A stretch of 64,000 bases of DNA from Chiloscyllium plagiosum (lineage: Eukaryota). Below are positions 14,142 to 27,057 of this stretch, piece after piece (position 1 is the first letter of the stretch; every line of letters begins with the position of its first letter). Below the pieces are notes generated by a model, which saw only the letters and a list, made by a program, of their open reading frames with translations, made no database searches and was not told the DNA's origin. The stretch is taken from positions 31,643,479 through 31,707,478 of the forward strand of contig NC_057718.1 in assembly GCF_004010195.1 (NCBI RefSeq), written 5' to 3'. The translations under genes and the position numbers were made by a program.

Positions 14142-15606
14142 CAGACCAGATCAAGTAAGGATGGCAGTTTTCCTATCCTAAAGGACATTGGTGAATCAAA
14201 TGCTTTTTTAAAATAACAACTGAAAATGGTTGAAAGGTCATCATTTAATTGAATTTTTTAAAAATCTGGAATTAAGTATCACAATCTGCAATGGTGGGTT
14301 TCAGACATTATTCCCAGATTTGTTGGGTCTCTGGATTACACATCCAGCAATAATACTGCTACATCATCGCCTCTCCTGCAGTTTCTCATTTTTTCCATTT
14401 TCTTTCTTAAATAGTGGAGTTAAATTGGTTACCATTAAATCTGGAAGAAGTGGTATCTGATCTGTAGCATCTTAGAATGTGCTCACTAACACACCCATTG
14501 TCTCTGTATGGATGTACATATCCCTTGGGCCTTTTTATGTCACTTCCCAATTTACTACTGCCGATTCATTCCTTATTTTTAAACAAAGGAAATTACAAAG
14601 GTATAAGACCATAATTTTGGATTGAGCTACATCGCTTTCAAATATAAAATTCTTCTCCCAGGGTTTTCTTTTTAGAAAGATTCATTTTACAAAAACTCAT
14701 AATAGGAATTTGTCCTTCAAAATAATATTAATTAGGTTTATCTCGTGATTATTGTATGACCCTTGTTATATGCACCCCTCACTTCCTGATTTATACGGTC
14801 TCCAAAATTACTACTGCTCTTTGGTGTCCAGTAAACAACTCCTACCAATGTTTTCTGTACCTTGCTGTGTCGCCCCATCCAAACAGATTCTTCTGATCCA
14901 AGAACCACCCCCCCCCCACCCCCATCCCACACACACCTCTTTATTATGTTGTACTTTCATCTTTTGTTAAGAATATCACTTTTGCCTTTCTGCCGGTCCT
15001 TCCTATATGTCAAATATCCTTGATTTTTCAGTTCCCAGCCTTTGTCATCTCTCAGTCATGTCCCCATAATAATTAACTCATACTGGTTTATTTCTATTTG
15101 TGCTATCAATATTTCAAATTCTGTATTCATTCAGATTCTTAGACTTGAGTTGTGCCTTTTTAACATTTTTTTGGATTTTGATCAAATTTGATGCTCGCCT
15201 TTGTTTCAGTTGCTCTTCAATTTTACATCTTACTTGTCTTTTGACCATTACCAGCTTTGTTTTCCTCCAATCTCAATTCCATGTGAAGCTCCAACCCTCC
15301 TTTCAAACTGCTTGTAACCTACTCAACAGCACTAAAAAATCTCCTTGAGGGATATCGATTCCAGTCTTGCTCAAATGTAATATATAATAGTGGCATTGTC
15401 ACTAGATGTTTTCAAAACCCAAAGCTAATGATCTGAGGACATCAATTCAAATCATACAGATGGTGAAATTTTTAATTCAATGAAAAATCCAGAATAAGAA
15501 GCTAGTACATTTAGTACACTAATGTCCTTTATGGAAGAAAATTAAGCATCCTCACCTGGTTTGGCCTACATATGACTCCAGACCGTCCGTATATGCTGGC
15601 AGAGCA

Positions 15607-17290
15607 GACAGGCTTTATCAGGCAGGAAGGGACTCTCTTCTGAGAATTTGAGTCGGTTGGGCCTGTATTCATTGGATTATAGAAGAATGAGGGCGACATT
15701 ATTGAAACATACAAGATTCTTAGGGGACTTGACAGGATAGATGCAGAGAAGTTGTTTTCCCTCTCGGGAGAGTCCAGGATCAGAAGGCATAATCTCTGAA
15801 TAAGGGGTCACACACGTAAAAGAGACATGAGGAGCAATTTCCTCTCTCAAGCATCGTGAATCTGTGGAATTGTTTAATCCAGAGGGCTGTTGAGACTGGG
15901 CTATTAAATGTCTTCAAGGCTGAGCTGGAAATATTTTTAACCAGTCATCCAGTGACTCAGTGACACCCTTGACCAGTCATCAGGGAGACAACTCAGCATG
16001 CTGAAGTCACACTGACAGTCACAGTCACACCTGACTGTTACCTTAACTATTGAATCTCCTAACACTATTGTTCAACTCTTCTTGCTCCCTTTCTGTGCAG
16101 CATGATTCACTGGTGGTCCCATGGACTTGACTTTGGTTGCATTCCTCAGAGAAACTTTGTCAAAATGGAAAACCAGTTGGTGAGATAGATAACTCCGGAG
16201 ACTTGTACATTATCTCCCTGGTCTGTCTGCTGCAGGACCACTAACTCTATCATTCTGTTATACTACAGAAGTCTGTTATCTTTTATAAATAAATTAAATC
16301 ATTTGCCCTAAGAAGTCAATTCCATTCAGTAAAGTTTTATCAAAGGATCTATTGTGCAAAGTACTTACTTTATCAATAGTGTCAAGACAATCCTTGCATA
16401 TTGATTCTTAACAGGGCTTAATAAAAGGAGAATGAGGTATGAGAATGAGACAAGGGGGTCCTTAAGAGTCATAGCGATGTACAACATGGAAACAGACCAG
16501 TGGGTCCAACTCATCCATACCGACGAGATATTCTAACCTAATCTAGTCCCATTTGCCAGCATTTGGCCCATATCCCTCTAAACTCTTCCTATTCATATAC
16601 CCATCCAGATGGTCTTTAAATGTTGTAACCGTACCAGCCTCTACCATTGCCTCTGGCAGCTCATTCCATACATGCACGACCCTCTGTGTGAAGAAATTGT
16701 CCCTTAAGTCCCTTTATCTTTCCCCACTCACCCTCAACCTATGCCCTCTAGTTCTGGACTCCCCCACCTAGGGAAAAGACCTTATCTATTTATCCTAGCC
16801 GTTAATGAATGGCAGGACACTAGGAAGCACAGAAGAGATGTGACTGCACTGGAGGGGTTGCAGAGAAGTTTCACCAGGATGTTGTCTGGGATGGAGCATT
16901 TTAGCTACAGAGAGAGCCTGGATAAACCTGGACTTTTTTTTTTTAAGAACAGAGAATGCTGAGGGGGAGACCTGATTGAGATGAAGATGATTATGTGGGA
17001 CATGGGCAGGGTGAGTAGAAAGCAGCTGTTACTCTTTCTGAAGGGTTAACAACAATGGGCCATAAGTTTGAGCTGAAAGGCAGAAATTTAGACAGGGTTT
17101 GAGGAAATCTTTTCACCCAGAGGATGATGCACAGCTTGGAAGGGTAGCTAAGGCAAAGAAAACCTCACGATTTTTCAAAAAATATTTGGATAGGCCAAGT
17201 GCTTGTAAGTACGGCTTGTGTAGATTTAAGAGTAGTTGGTACAGACTCGATGGCTGAAGGGCTTCTTCTATCTTGTATGATTCTACGTTT
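15607..17290. mobile_element. Cluster of CR1 3' fragments (15607-15945 +, 16466-16800 -, 16815-17290 +)
   Basis: Typical CR1 C-terminal and 3' UTR sequence; 16466-16800 matches 586-920. Confidence 0.8.
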
Positions 17291-18074
17291 TATCCCGGTG
17301 TTACAACAGATAAGATACAACAATGCAATATAGTCCATATCAGTGTTGTCAGGTGCTCTACAGCATCTAACTCCACAGAAGATTGAATCTGAACATTAAA
17401 GCAATGCTTTTTTGAAGAAGGGATGGTAGATAATCTTTCGCATAAATTCCCAGATATAAGACACAATTTTAACCCAAAAATCAGATTCAAGGCGTCTAAT
17501 TATTTATTTCAATCAGAAAAATAGTTTTTTTTATATCAACCCATTTGAAATGTGGGATATCACATCTCTGGGTGAGGTAGGACTTGAACCCAGAGCACTG
17601 TGTTACAACACCCCAAACCTGAGGTGGTGGTCATCCAGGTGCTGGAATAAACACAATCATGATCAAAAATCAGAGGCGTTTAATGTCCACAAAATCATTG
17701 ATCCAAATTGGTCTGATGGAAGCATATTCAAAACACGATTCAAACAATACACGCCTGACCATCAAAATAAATCAGTTTTGTTCGTGAATCTTTACACAAG
17801 TGAATTTCTCATCAACTAAAGGAAGGGGCAAGGAACAGCAATATGCTATAGAAATAGCTATACAGACTGTCTAAAAAAAAGGCACTAATTCAGTAAAGCA
17901 TGTAAATAAGAAAGACTATTCTGAACATTAGCCCTTATGGGGCTGTTCATTTACAACATACGCTTCTTTTTTGCAGCTAAGCCTGGGTATGTCAAAAACA
18001 GTTATGAAAAGAATTAATCAACTAAAACTAGGATGTTGAAGGAAAGACCATTTCTTAAAACCATCCAATTTGGT

Positions 18075-18080
18075 TTTATT
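18075..18080 (-). promoter_or_regulatory. Candidate SRBD1 polyadenylation signal AATAAA (alternative at 17503-17508)
   Basis: tttatt on + strand about 610 bp past the stop codon in unique AT-rich sequence; no transcript evidence. Confidence 0.35.
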
Positions 18081-18687
18081 TGTGACTACTTGAAACAGTA
18101 ACTGCGGTTATCTGAATTAAAACTGAAGGCTGACATCAAGGGAAACTTTTAAAATTTGGATGATTTTTGTACAGTGTTTGTGAAATATATCAAATTCTAG
18201 TGGTACTATTCTGACAATGCAGCCTGTTGCGTAAATTCAGTCTCTTTGATCAGATCCACAGACATGAGTGGTAATGATGTTGTTAAGTTTTTAAGCAATA
18301 AACACTTGTACATGGACAGATTACAGACATGATGAGAACTAGTTGTGTAATCTTAGGGTAACTGAATTAAATACTGCTGAAGCCTTATACTCTCAAATAC
18401 ACAAACTGGTCAGTAAAGCTGTGTCCATGCACAAATTTGGGTGGCTATTCATGCTGCAAATAATACATTTTCTCATATCAATTTTTAAATTTTCAACATG
18501 TACGTGATAAACAAAAAAAAGGTCCTTTAAATATTATGAGATGATGCTGTGCACTGCAGCATTAGTGACAACATGACAAAGGGGCTGAGAAGCTAAGGTT
18601 CATCAGAGGGAACAGCAGTGAATTCTACCAATCCAAGGTGGGAAAAAATGAAAAATCTAAGAATTTGACTAAAGAAATTTGATCTGT

Positions 18688-18977
18688 TTACAAAACTCGA
18701 ATAAGATCCAATGAAATACGATTTCTTGTGTGGTCAATCTCTAGCACTTTAACTTCCACCCTTTCACCCGGTCCAAGACCTAGACTTCGACGTCTTGTAG
18801 TCGCGGGCAGCTTGTCTGCTGTAATGTACCGAATCGGGATCAGACCAGATCGACCAACACCAATGTCAACAAAGACACCAAAGAGAGTAGCATTTTCCAC
18901 TCTTCCAGTTAAAACAGTTCCAGTTCTCAAGTCATTAAGAGAAACAATGTTCCTTTTAAAATCCTGCTGCTCAAATC
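18688..18977 (-). CDS. SRBD1: S1 RNA-binding domain-containing protein 1, last coding exon (S1 domain)
   Basis: Acceptor ttttgtgtctgtgcag| ends at 18978. Exon reads (G)[49 protein letters not shown]...[38 protein letters not shown], which I recognise as the vertebrate SRBD1 C-terminus. Phase matches the upstream exon (G|GA). Confidence 0.95.
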
Positions 18978-19489
18978 CTGCACAGACACAAAATAAGGCA
19001 GATTAGATGAAAATTCAATTCTTGCAGGACAAAGAAAATGACAACATTTTGAAACTAAGATCAAATAGTGGATTGTTCAAATGGAATTCTTTTTATTCAA
19101 TTATTCCCTTGACCTTGTCTTGTTTAGGCAGCTTATTGTGGTAACAAAATTTCTTTAAATTTCTAAGTCACTTCATAATACTCAATGACTCTAATATGAC
19201 CAGCAAATATTTTAAAATTCTAGAGATATAAAAAAGATAAAATAATCAAACATATTTTATATAGTTCTGAGGATTGATGCATTGAGATTATGTTAGAGTA
19301 AATCTAGATTTTCAGGGGCGACGTGCTTTTGCTAATGGAATATCTGCTTAGCCAGAGTCAAGAGTAATGACTATGCCAATTAATTAGTTGTGAATTCTGT
19401 TCATTTATCTTGTTGGCTAAAATGACAGTTATTCCTTGCAGTAAATAAATAAAGAAGCAGTGTATATATAAGTACCAAATATATGTTCA

Positions 19490-20640
19490 TATATGTTGCT
19501 TATTGCAATGGGAATGGAAAATAAGAATTGGGAAATTTTACTTCAGCTATGTAGGTCAGTGGTGAGACCACATCTGGAGTACTGTATAGTTTTGGCTTGC
19601 TTATTTGAAAAAGAGATTATCCCTTTCAGAAGAAGTTCAGAAGAAGGGTTGTTAAGAAAGCATGTGGTGTTGTGGCTTTCAGTAACAGGGGGATCAAGTT
19701 TAAGAGCTGCGAGGTCTTGCTACAGCTCCACAAGTCCCTGGTGAGACCACACTTGGAATATTGTGTCCAGTTCTGGGCACCCTAGTATAGGAAAGATACA
19801 GAGGCTTTGGAGAGGGTGCAAAGAAGGTTTATCAAAATGCTGCCTGGACTGGAGGGCTTGTCTTTTGAAGAGAGGTTGACTAAGCTTGGACTTTTCTCTC
19901 TGGAGAGAAGGAGGAAGAGAGGTGACCTGATTGAGGTATACAAGGTAATGACTGGCACGGATAGAGTCAATAGCCAGAGACTTTTCCCCAAGGCAGGATT
20001 GACTGGCACGAGGGGTCATAGTTTGAAGATATTAAGAGGAAGGTATAGAGGAGACGTCAAAGGTTGGTTCTTTATGCAGAAACTTGTGAATGCATGGAAT
20101 GCATTGCCAGCGGTAGTGGTGGAAGCAGAGTCATTGGGGACATTTAAGTGCCTGCTGGACATACACATGGACAGCAGTGAACTGAGGGGTGTGTAGGTAA
20201 GGTTATTTTATTTTACTTTAGGATTAATCCTCAGCACAACATTGTAGGCTGAAGGGCCTGTTCTGTGCTGTACTTTTCTTTGTTCTATGTTCTAAGTTTA
20301 GAGAAGGTTCACTCAACTCACTCCTAGGATCTTACTAGAAAGGTTGAACAGGTTAAGTTCCTTTGTAGTTTAGAAGAATGAGAGGTGATCTTATTGAAAC
20401 AGACATCATTTGGAGGGGACTTTAGAGGTATCTCTTTTAAGCAGAGATAAGGAGAATTATTTTTCTTTAAGGGTTGTTAAAGTGTGGAAACTTATTGAAA
20501 AAGTTTGAATGATAAGGAGCCAATATTTAAGAGGGTTCAGACAGGGAAGTGGACCTCAGACCACAACCAGCTCAGCCATGATCTTGTTGAGTGGTGCAGG
20601 CTTGAAGGGCCAAATGGCCTACTCACTGCTGCCATGTTCT
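19490..20640 (+). mobile_element. Younger CR1 3' fragment (about 19690-20293) nested in an older CR1
   Basis: ORF 19807-20196 ERVQRRFIKMLPGL...RGDLIEVYK; tail ttctatgttcta. Confidence 0.85.
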
Positions 20641-22187
20641 TCTGGTTATGATCAACCTATGACCAACTTACTCAGAGGTAGATGTGCTGCCACTGAGATG
20701 AACCGTAGGGCACAAAGCTTCCAGTTTGTAAACCTGATGCGGTAATGCTGTTAGGCACTGGAAGGAGGGCTCAAGGAAAGCAGCTCACTAACAATGTAAG
20801 GAGGAGACCCAAGTAGTAAATGCCAATTCTAACTGTATGAAAGATCACTTGGTACAGGAAGATGTTTAGTTATCTTCACTGGCCAAGCAAGTAAATAGAA
20901 GACAGATAAGAGTTTCCAAAAATGCACAGTTTGTCACTGCCACTGAGTTCTCCTCGTGATAAAATTCTTGAACGGTTTAGATTCAATACCCTGAAGGTAG
21001 ATTGGTACCCTTCACAACCTGGAAGTTTCTGGAACTGTGCCATTCAGTTTATTGCTTAGCAAGTTGAGGTAGTATGGGAAATCCTGAATTATTTCTAAAC
21101 TGCATCCCCACAGGTGGAAGTATTGAACTGGAACTACTTACCCAAACGTACCTATTATGAGTCTCAAATCTTAATAAATGCAGGGTAATAAATGTACAAA
21201 AGTATTAGAAATACTTTTGTACAGACATGAGGTGTAGACACCTCATGCTGTCAATCATGGTTCTTTTTAATGTCTTTCTACATTTTTTAAACAACTAATT
21301 TGTATATATCATTTAGTTCCGGCTTAGCACGCACCTTCTGTTAAATCTCTCAGTATCACAACTTTATTCTTCAGTCTACTTACGAGCACTCAAGTATAAT
21401 TATAGCTATTTGGCAAGGAAAAGAATTAGCGAAATAATAAAAAGTGAGGAGAAATGAAGTAACAATCGTTTTCTGTTAATATCCACTCCAGAACCAGTCA
21501 TCTGTTTCTGATTCCACTAATCTAACAACCACAAATACTTCTGTGCGCATAACAGATCTGGCAGATTGTGTGAAAAGCTGAGTAACCTGCTCGTTGTTGT
21601 TCTGTTGAGTATTTCAGCCTACTACATGTCTGCCTTTTAGAAATAACCATCTTGAGAAGGTGAAGTGTGAAAACAAATCTCACAGAAGAAAGCAAATGTG
21701 GTACAAAGTCCTTAATTGCATGTGTGAATGGCATTAACATAATGATCAGAAAACATAACAGTACTGATCACAAAATAAATTGGCTTATTTTTACAGATGC
21801 CATCTATATCCAGAACCGATATACTCTAAGCAAAATTATAACTGATTTTAAGATTGTACTGAAGTGTTTTGAATTTCTGTGACAAAAAGATTATGTGATG
21901 AGAAACATGGCAATTATCTGACATTTTGATATACTTTTTCGGAACTTTTTATTGTTTTCTGAAAACCACAAACAAGTAAATCACAGAAGTATTGTGCTGG
22001 TAGATCTGTGGTATTAGAACCAGACCAGAATGCAATTATATCTCAATAATCTTTCTTAAAAGATATGTTAGTTTGTAATTTCTGGAACAGAACTAACTAA
22101 CAGCAAAAATGAAGTGGAGATAAAAACAGAAAACACAAGTCAGGTAGCTTCTGCAGTCAGAGAAACAATTGATATTTTGGCTCAATG

Positions 22188-22549
22188 TTTATATACAATT
22201 ATGAACAGAATAAATAAAATAGAAGCAGGGAGGTTGTTTCACACTGGCAGTTGAAACTAGAGCTAGGAGGCATAGCCTCAAAATAAGGGGGAGCAGATTT
22301 AGGACTGATATGAGGAGGAACTTCTTCACCCAAAGGGTTGTGAATGTGTGGAATTCCCTGCCCAGTGAAGCAGTTGAGGCTACCTTGATGAATGTTCTTA
22401 AAGCACAGATAGATGTTTGAACATTGAAGGAAGTATGGGTAATAGTGGGCGGGTACATGGAGCGGAGTCCATGAAATGATCTTATTGAATGGCAGAGCAG
22501 GCTCAATAGGCCTGATGGCCGACTCCTGCTCCTATTTCTTATGTTCTTA
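22188..22549 (+). mobile_element. CR1 LINE 3' end
   Basis: aggaggaacttcttcacccaaagggttgtgaat...; tail tcttatgttctta. Confidence 0.8.
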
Positions 22550-23259
22550 TGTAATATTATGAAGGTGTAAGGGATACTGTATCTTTAAGAGTTAAAAGCT
22601 AGCAAAACTACCCGATACAGCACCAATTTTTCTGTTTAAGGTAACAATGTAATATTTGGTCGAACAGCTAGATTAGCTGGGCTGCCTGGAGACAACAAAA
22701 AAAAAATCAGATTCAGCCAATCAGTTTAAATTATGCCCCAAAATACCAAGCTCCAATCAAGTTTGAATTTAGTATTTTGACAACAGTAACACCATTAAAA
22801 CGACCCGAAACTTTGGTGTATAAGACCAGGAAAAATTGAACAGCTGGGGGAGAACTGCCAAGCCACCCACATGTACAGACTGCCCAAAACACAGCTCTCT
22901 TAAAGGTACCTTATCTGTCAACGATCTGGGAAACAGAAATCCTCAAGAAGAAAACTTACACAGGAAGATACAAAGGGAAGATTCAATAATTGCCTGGTTT
23001 TGAAATTTGAATTTTTGGCAAATCTTACTTGGGGGTTTTATTGAACTAGTATTATAGATGGGAAAGTAAAAGATAGATTAGAGGAAGGAGTTGTAAATAG
23101 CTGTTAGTTAATTACTCTCTGGTAAACTTTAAGAAATAAAGTTCTTTTTACTTTAAATAGTACTTGGCCACTCTAATTTTCACAGATTACTGCACAGGAT
23201 AAACCTTTTCTGTGTTGCTGGTTTACATTAAGCAGGAGGGTTTACCCCATGTCGTAACA
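22550..23259 (+). mobile_element. Solo Gypsy LTR inserted in a CR1 tail
   Basis: tgtaata...cgtaaca termini with ctta/gtta flanks. Shares blocks (tcagtttaaa, gtttgaattta, aaaggtacctt) with the LTR at 62283-63033. Confidence 0.75.
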
Positions 23260-23879
23260 GTTATGAGAACACAGATTGAGGCAGTACTAGGGAGGGCTTT
23301 TCTGCAATGCAGGAGGGGGGAAGTGAGTGTCAGGAACTTCTACACATGCCTATTAACATATATTCTCATGAATAGGTTGAGAAATGATGCTTAAACCCAC
23401 ATCTTTGCATGTTGCCATGAATGTTTTTCTGCGCTTTGAAAAAAATTATTTGACGGGATGTGAGCATTGTGAGCAAGGCAGACATTTGTTGCTAATCCCT
23501 AATTGTCCTTGAACTGAATAGCTTGCTAGACTATTTCAGAGGGCAGTTAGAAGTCATCCAATTTACTTAGTATCTGAAGTCACATATAGGCCAGTCCGGA
23601 TGTGGATAGCAGATTTCCTTTATCTACAGGACATTATTGAAACAGGTAGGCTTTTATGATAATCCATGATAGTTTCATGCTCACCATTACTCAAATTAGC
23701 TTTTCAGTCCCATTTGTTAATTTAACTGAACTCAACCAGTGTCTGTCAAACATTTTCCTGGGTCTCTGAATTACTCATCCAGTGACAGTTCCATAACGTC
23801 AACATCTCCCCCCAAATAATTGTTTTATAAAGACTGACACAGCAGTTTATCTGTTCTACCACTGACAAATCCCTATTAG

Positions 23880-24795
23880 CCAAATATTTAGCAGTTTACC
23901 CTATCAGCTTAGGGAAGATCCTCAAAAGAAATTTAATAAACTTGCCAGAAAAATTTGAATCTCGAGGATTAAGGGGTAGTGACAGCATGAAATTGGCTCA
24001 GAGACTAAAAGTAGAGACTAATAATGAATGGTTGTTTTCAGATTGGAGGGAATTACACAGTGGTATTCCCTGGGACCATTATATTAGGACCATTGCTCCT
24101 TTTGATATATATTACTGACCTGGATTTGGCAGGACTTTTGCAAAGTGTCCAGATTACAAGAAACTTGAAATGTAGCAGATAATGAAGAAGATCGACTTTT
24201 GTGAAATGAATTTGGAAAGAAAAACAGTGGAGGCATTTACCATGCACGAAAGGGTACATTAAAAGAGGTACGGTAACACATGATCTTGGGTGTTAGTACA
24301 CATTATCTTTGAAAGAGACATAAGAAGTTGATAAATGTGCTGAAAAGGCATATGAGATCCATAGTGATATGAACCCAGACTTAGAGTAGAGAAGCATGAA
24401 AGTTTTGATGCATTTATAATTCACTCAGCTAGACTATCATGTCGAATTCTAGATTCCATACTATAGAAAAGGCATGACGCCTTGGAAAAGATACAGAAGA
24501 GATTTATTCCAATTGTACCAAGGATTAGAGGGTTTAAAACATCTTTCGAGACCAGAAAAAGGTACTGTGCTGTTTCTAACGGATTAAAAATGATTACAAA
24601 TTTGATAGGTAGACAGGCAGTGAAGGAACCGTTGGATTTTAAAATCCAGAGGGTTATGATGATCTGGATTGCATTGACTGAGGGAGTGGAGGAAACAGGT
24701 TCAATAATTACTTAAAGGAAGAGAAATGTCGATCGAATAAGGAGTGAGACAGATTGGTTGCTCTTTTCTTGGTGCTGTAAAATTCTATGATTCTA
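23880..24795 (+). mobile_element. Very decayed CR1 LINE
   Basis: Degenerate RT-region and 3' motifs (agtggtattccc, ggaccattgctc, ttctatgattcta). Confidence 0.55.
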
Positions 24796-25074
24796 TTAAA
24801 TTAACTACACTCTCTCTCTCTGGGCAGAGTTTGCTGGAAGGCTTGAAGGGTGGGGGTGTATTGCAAAATGCAGCACTAGGACTTCCTGCTGGCCTTATGG
24901 AGAGTGGTAGAGCTCTCACCATAAGGCTGGTTGAGGCCTTCAAGTGGCCAATAAAACAAAAAATAAATGCCTCATGTCACCCCTACCACTATTTTACCCA
25001 TGGCCTGTCAGGGGTCTTGGGGATTTGGCCGGGAATGTGTGCTTGCATGTATGTGTGCGGCTATCTTTATGAGT

Positions 25075-25960
25075 GAAAGACAGAGAGAGAGAGGGAGAGA
25101 GAGAGGGAGAGAGAGAGGGAGAGAGGGAGGGAGAGAGGGNNNNNNNNNNNNNNNNNNNNNNNNNNNNNNNNNNNNNNNNNNNNNNNNNNNNNNNNNNNNN
25201 NNNNNNNNNNNNNNNNNNNNNNNNNNNNNNNNNNNNNNNNNNNNNNNNNNNNNNNNNNNNNNNNNNNNNNNNNNNNNNNNNNNNNNNNNNNNNNNNNNNN
25301 NNNNNNNNNNNNNNNNNNNNNNNNNNNNNNNNNNNNNNNNNNNNNNNNNNNNNNNNNNNNNNNNNNNNNNNNNNNNNNNNNNNNNNNNNNNNNNNNNNNN
25401 NNNNNNNNNNNNNNNNNNNNNNNNNNNNNNNNNNNNNNNNNNNNNNNNNNNNNNNNNNNNNNNNNNNNNNNNNNNNNNNNNNNNNNNNNNNNNNNNNNNN
25501 NNNNNNNNNNNNNNNNNNNNNNNNNNNNNNNNNNNNNNNNNNNNNNNNNNNNNNNNNNNNNNNNNNNNNNNNNNNNNNNNNNNNNNNNNNNNNNNNNNNN
25601 NNNNNNNNNNNNNNNNNNNNNNNNNNNNNNNNNNNNNNNNNNNNNNNNNNNNNNNNNNNNNNNNNNNNNNNNNNNNNNNNNNNNNNNNNNNNNNNNNNNN
25701 NNNNNNNNNNNNNNNNNNNNNNNNNNNNNNNNNNNNNNNNNNNNNNNNNNNNNNNNNNNNNNNNNNNNNNNNNNNNNNNNNNNNNNNNNNGAGAGCGAGA
25801 GCGAGAGCGAGAGCGAGAGAGCGAGAGAGCGAGAGCGAGAGAGCGAGAGAGCGAGAGAGCGAGAGAGTGAGAGAGCGAGAGCGAGCGTGAGCGAGAGCGC
25901 GAGCGAGAGCGCGAGAGAGAGCGAGAGCGAGAGCGAGCGAGAGAGCGAGAGCGAGAGCGA
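25075..25960. repeat. GA-rich microsatellite spanning an assembly gap (N at 25140-25790)
   Basis: (GA)n/GAGG units on the left and (GAGAGC)n units on the right. Confidence 0.97.
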
Positions 25961-26499
25961 CCCTCTCAATGTTAAGGCTGGGAATGTATGACCTACTGCA
26001 TCTACGGCTGGTTGTGGGATGAGTGGCTGGGAGAGGAGTGGGGGGAGGAGGCGGAGGAAGAAGCCTAGCTATCCCAGAAATCCTGTCTCCTCAGAAGCTA
26101 AGTCTTCAAAATGAATAAAGAGTCATAAGTTAGTATTCTAGCAAGTGCCTTCTTTATTTGTTGGTCTAAGCTACTTCTGTTTGACTGTGATGTAAGTTAC
26201 ATTAGGACATCCTTACGTATAATTGTTAGAATTTGGATTTAATGGCACCAGTTTGGTTATTTCATCTGCATGAATTAACAGACATAATCTTTCATACCAA
26301 GAGGAAATGTAATATTTCATTTAAGTTTCTCCACTTTTATTTGTCATTCAGAGAAATAGGAATAGCTTTGCTCTTTTCAGTTGATGTGAATTTAGTGGTA
26401 AACTCTGGTAATTTCTGTATATGATGCATAAAAAATGATAGGATGCTTGTACTGGACAAAACAGTAGCATTAGACTAATCAAGAGTTATAAGTAGATGA

Positions 26500-26643
26500 G
26501 GAAAACGTGAGGACTGCAGATGCTGGAGATCAGAGCTGAAAATGTGTTGCTGGAAAGAGGGGCTCATGCCCGACACGTCGATTCTCCTGCTCCTTGGATG
26601 CTGCCTGACCTGCTGCGCTTTTCCAGCAACACATTTTCAGCTA
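26500..26643. mobile_element. Penelope-terminus fold-back mini-insertion
   Basis: Inverted arms agctgaaaatgtgttgctggaaa / ttccagcaacacattttcagct. TSD ataagtagatga / ataactagatga (26488-26499, 26644-26655). Confidence 0.85.
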
Positions 26644-26872
26644 ATAACTAGATGATTCATTTGGGATTGGTTGTAGAATTTGGATGTTAGATTACTACCA
26701 ACAGGAGTAAATTCAAGCAGACAGGTTGTTAAAAGAAATCTTGACAATCATAGCTAAGGATTTTACAAACAACATATAAATTCAGATAGTTCTAAAAATA
26801 TACATTTTATTACACTAAAGAATGTTGTTGAATTACCCACGGTGATTATTTTTTCCTGTTAGAACTCATTAC

Positions 26873-27057
26873 CTGCTCTAATATCATAGTCGTGAGGTTG
26901 TACCAGTCCATCAATAATCATCTGCAGTGTTGGTACAGTTGTCTCAAACTTTTCAGCTAAGATCTCCATTGAATGGGCTTTCAGCACTGCATTCACATTG
27001 CACTGCATAACAGGCCTGCCAATGTCAGACAGATCTCCAATGATGAAGGATAAGAAC
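26873..27057 (-). CDS. SRBD1: SRBD1 penultimate coding exon (185 bp)
   Basis: Acceptor ttaattttcccag| and donor G|gtaatg. Reads FLSFIIGDLSDIGRPVMQCNVNAVLKAHSMEILAEKFETTVPTLQMIIDGLVQPHDYDIRA, similar to the SRBD1 segment before the S1 domain, and splices in frame to 18977. Confidence 0.92.

Noticed and set aside
18728..19006. 92-aa plus-strand ORF
   Set aside because: Antisense shadow of the SRBD1 exon.
24967..25969. Long ORFs of 265-307 aa
   Set aside because: Artefacts of the N gap and the GA microsatellite.
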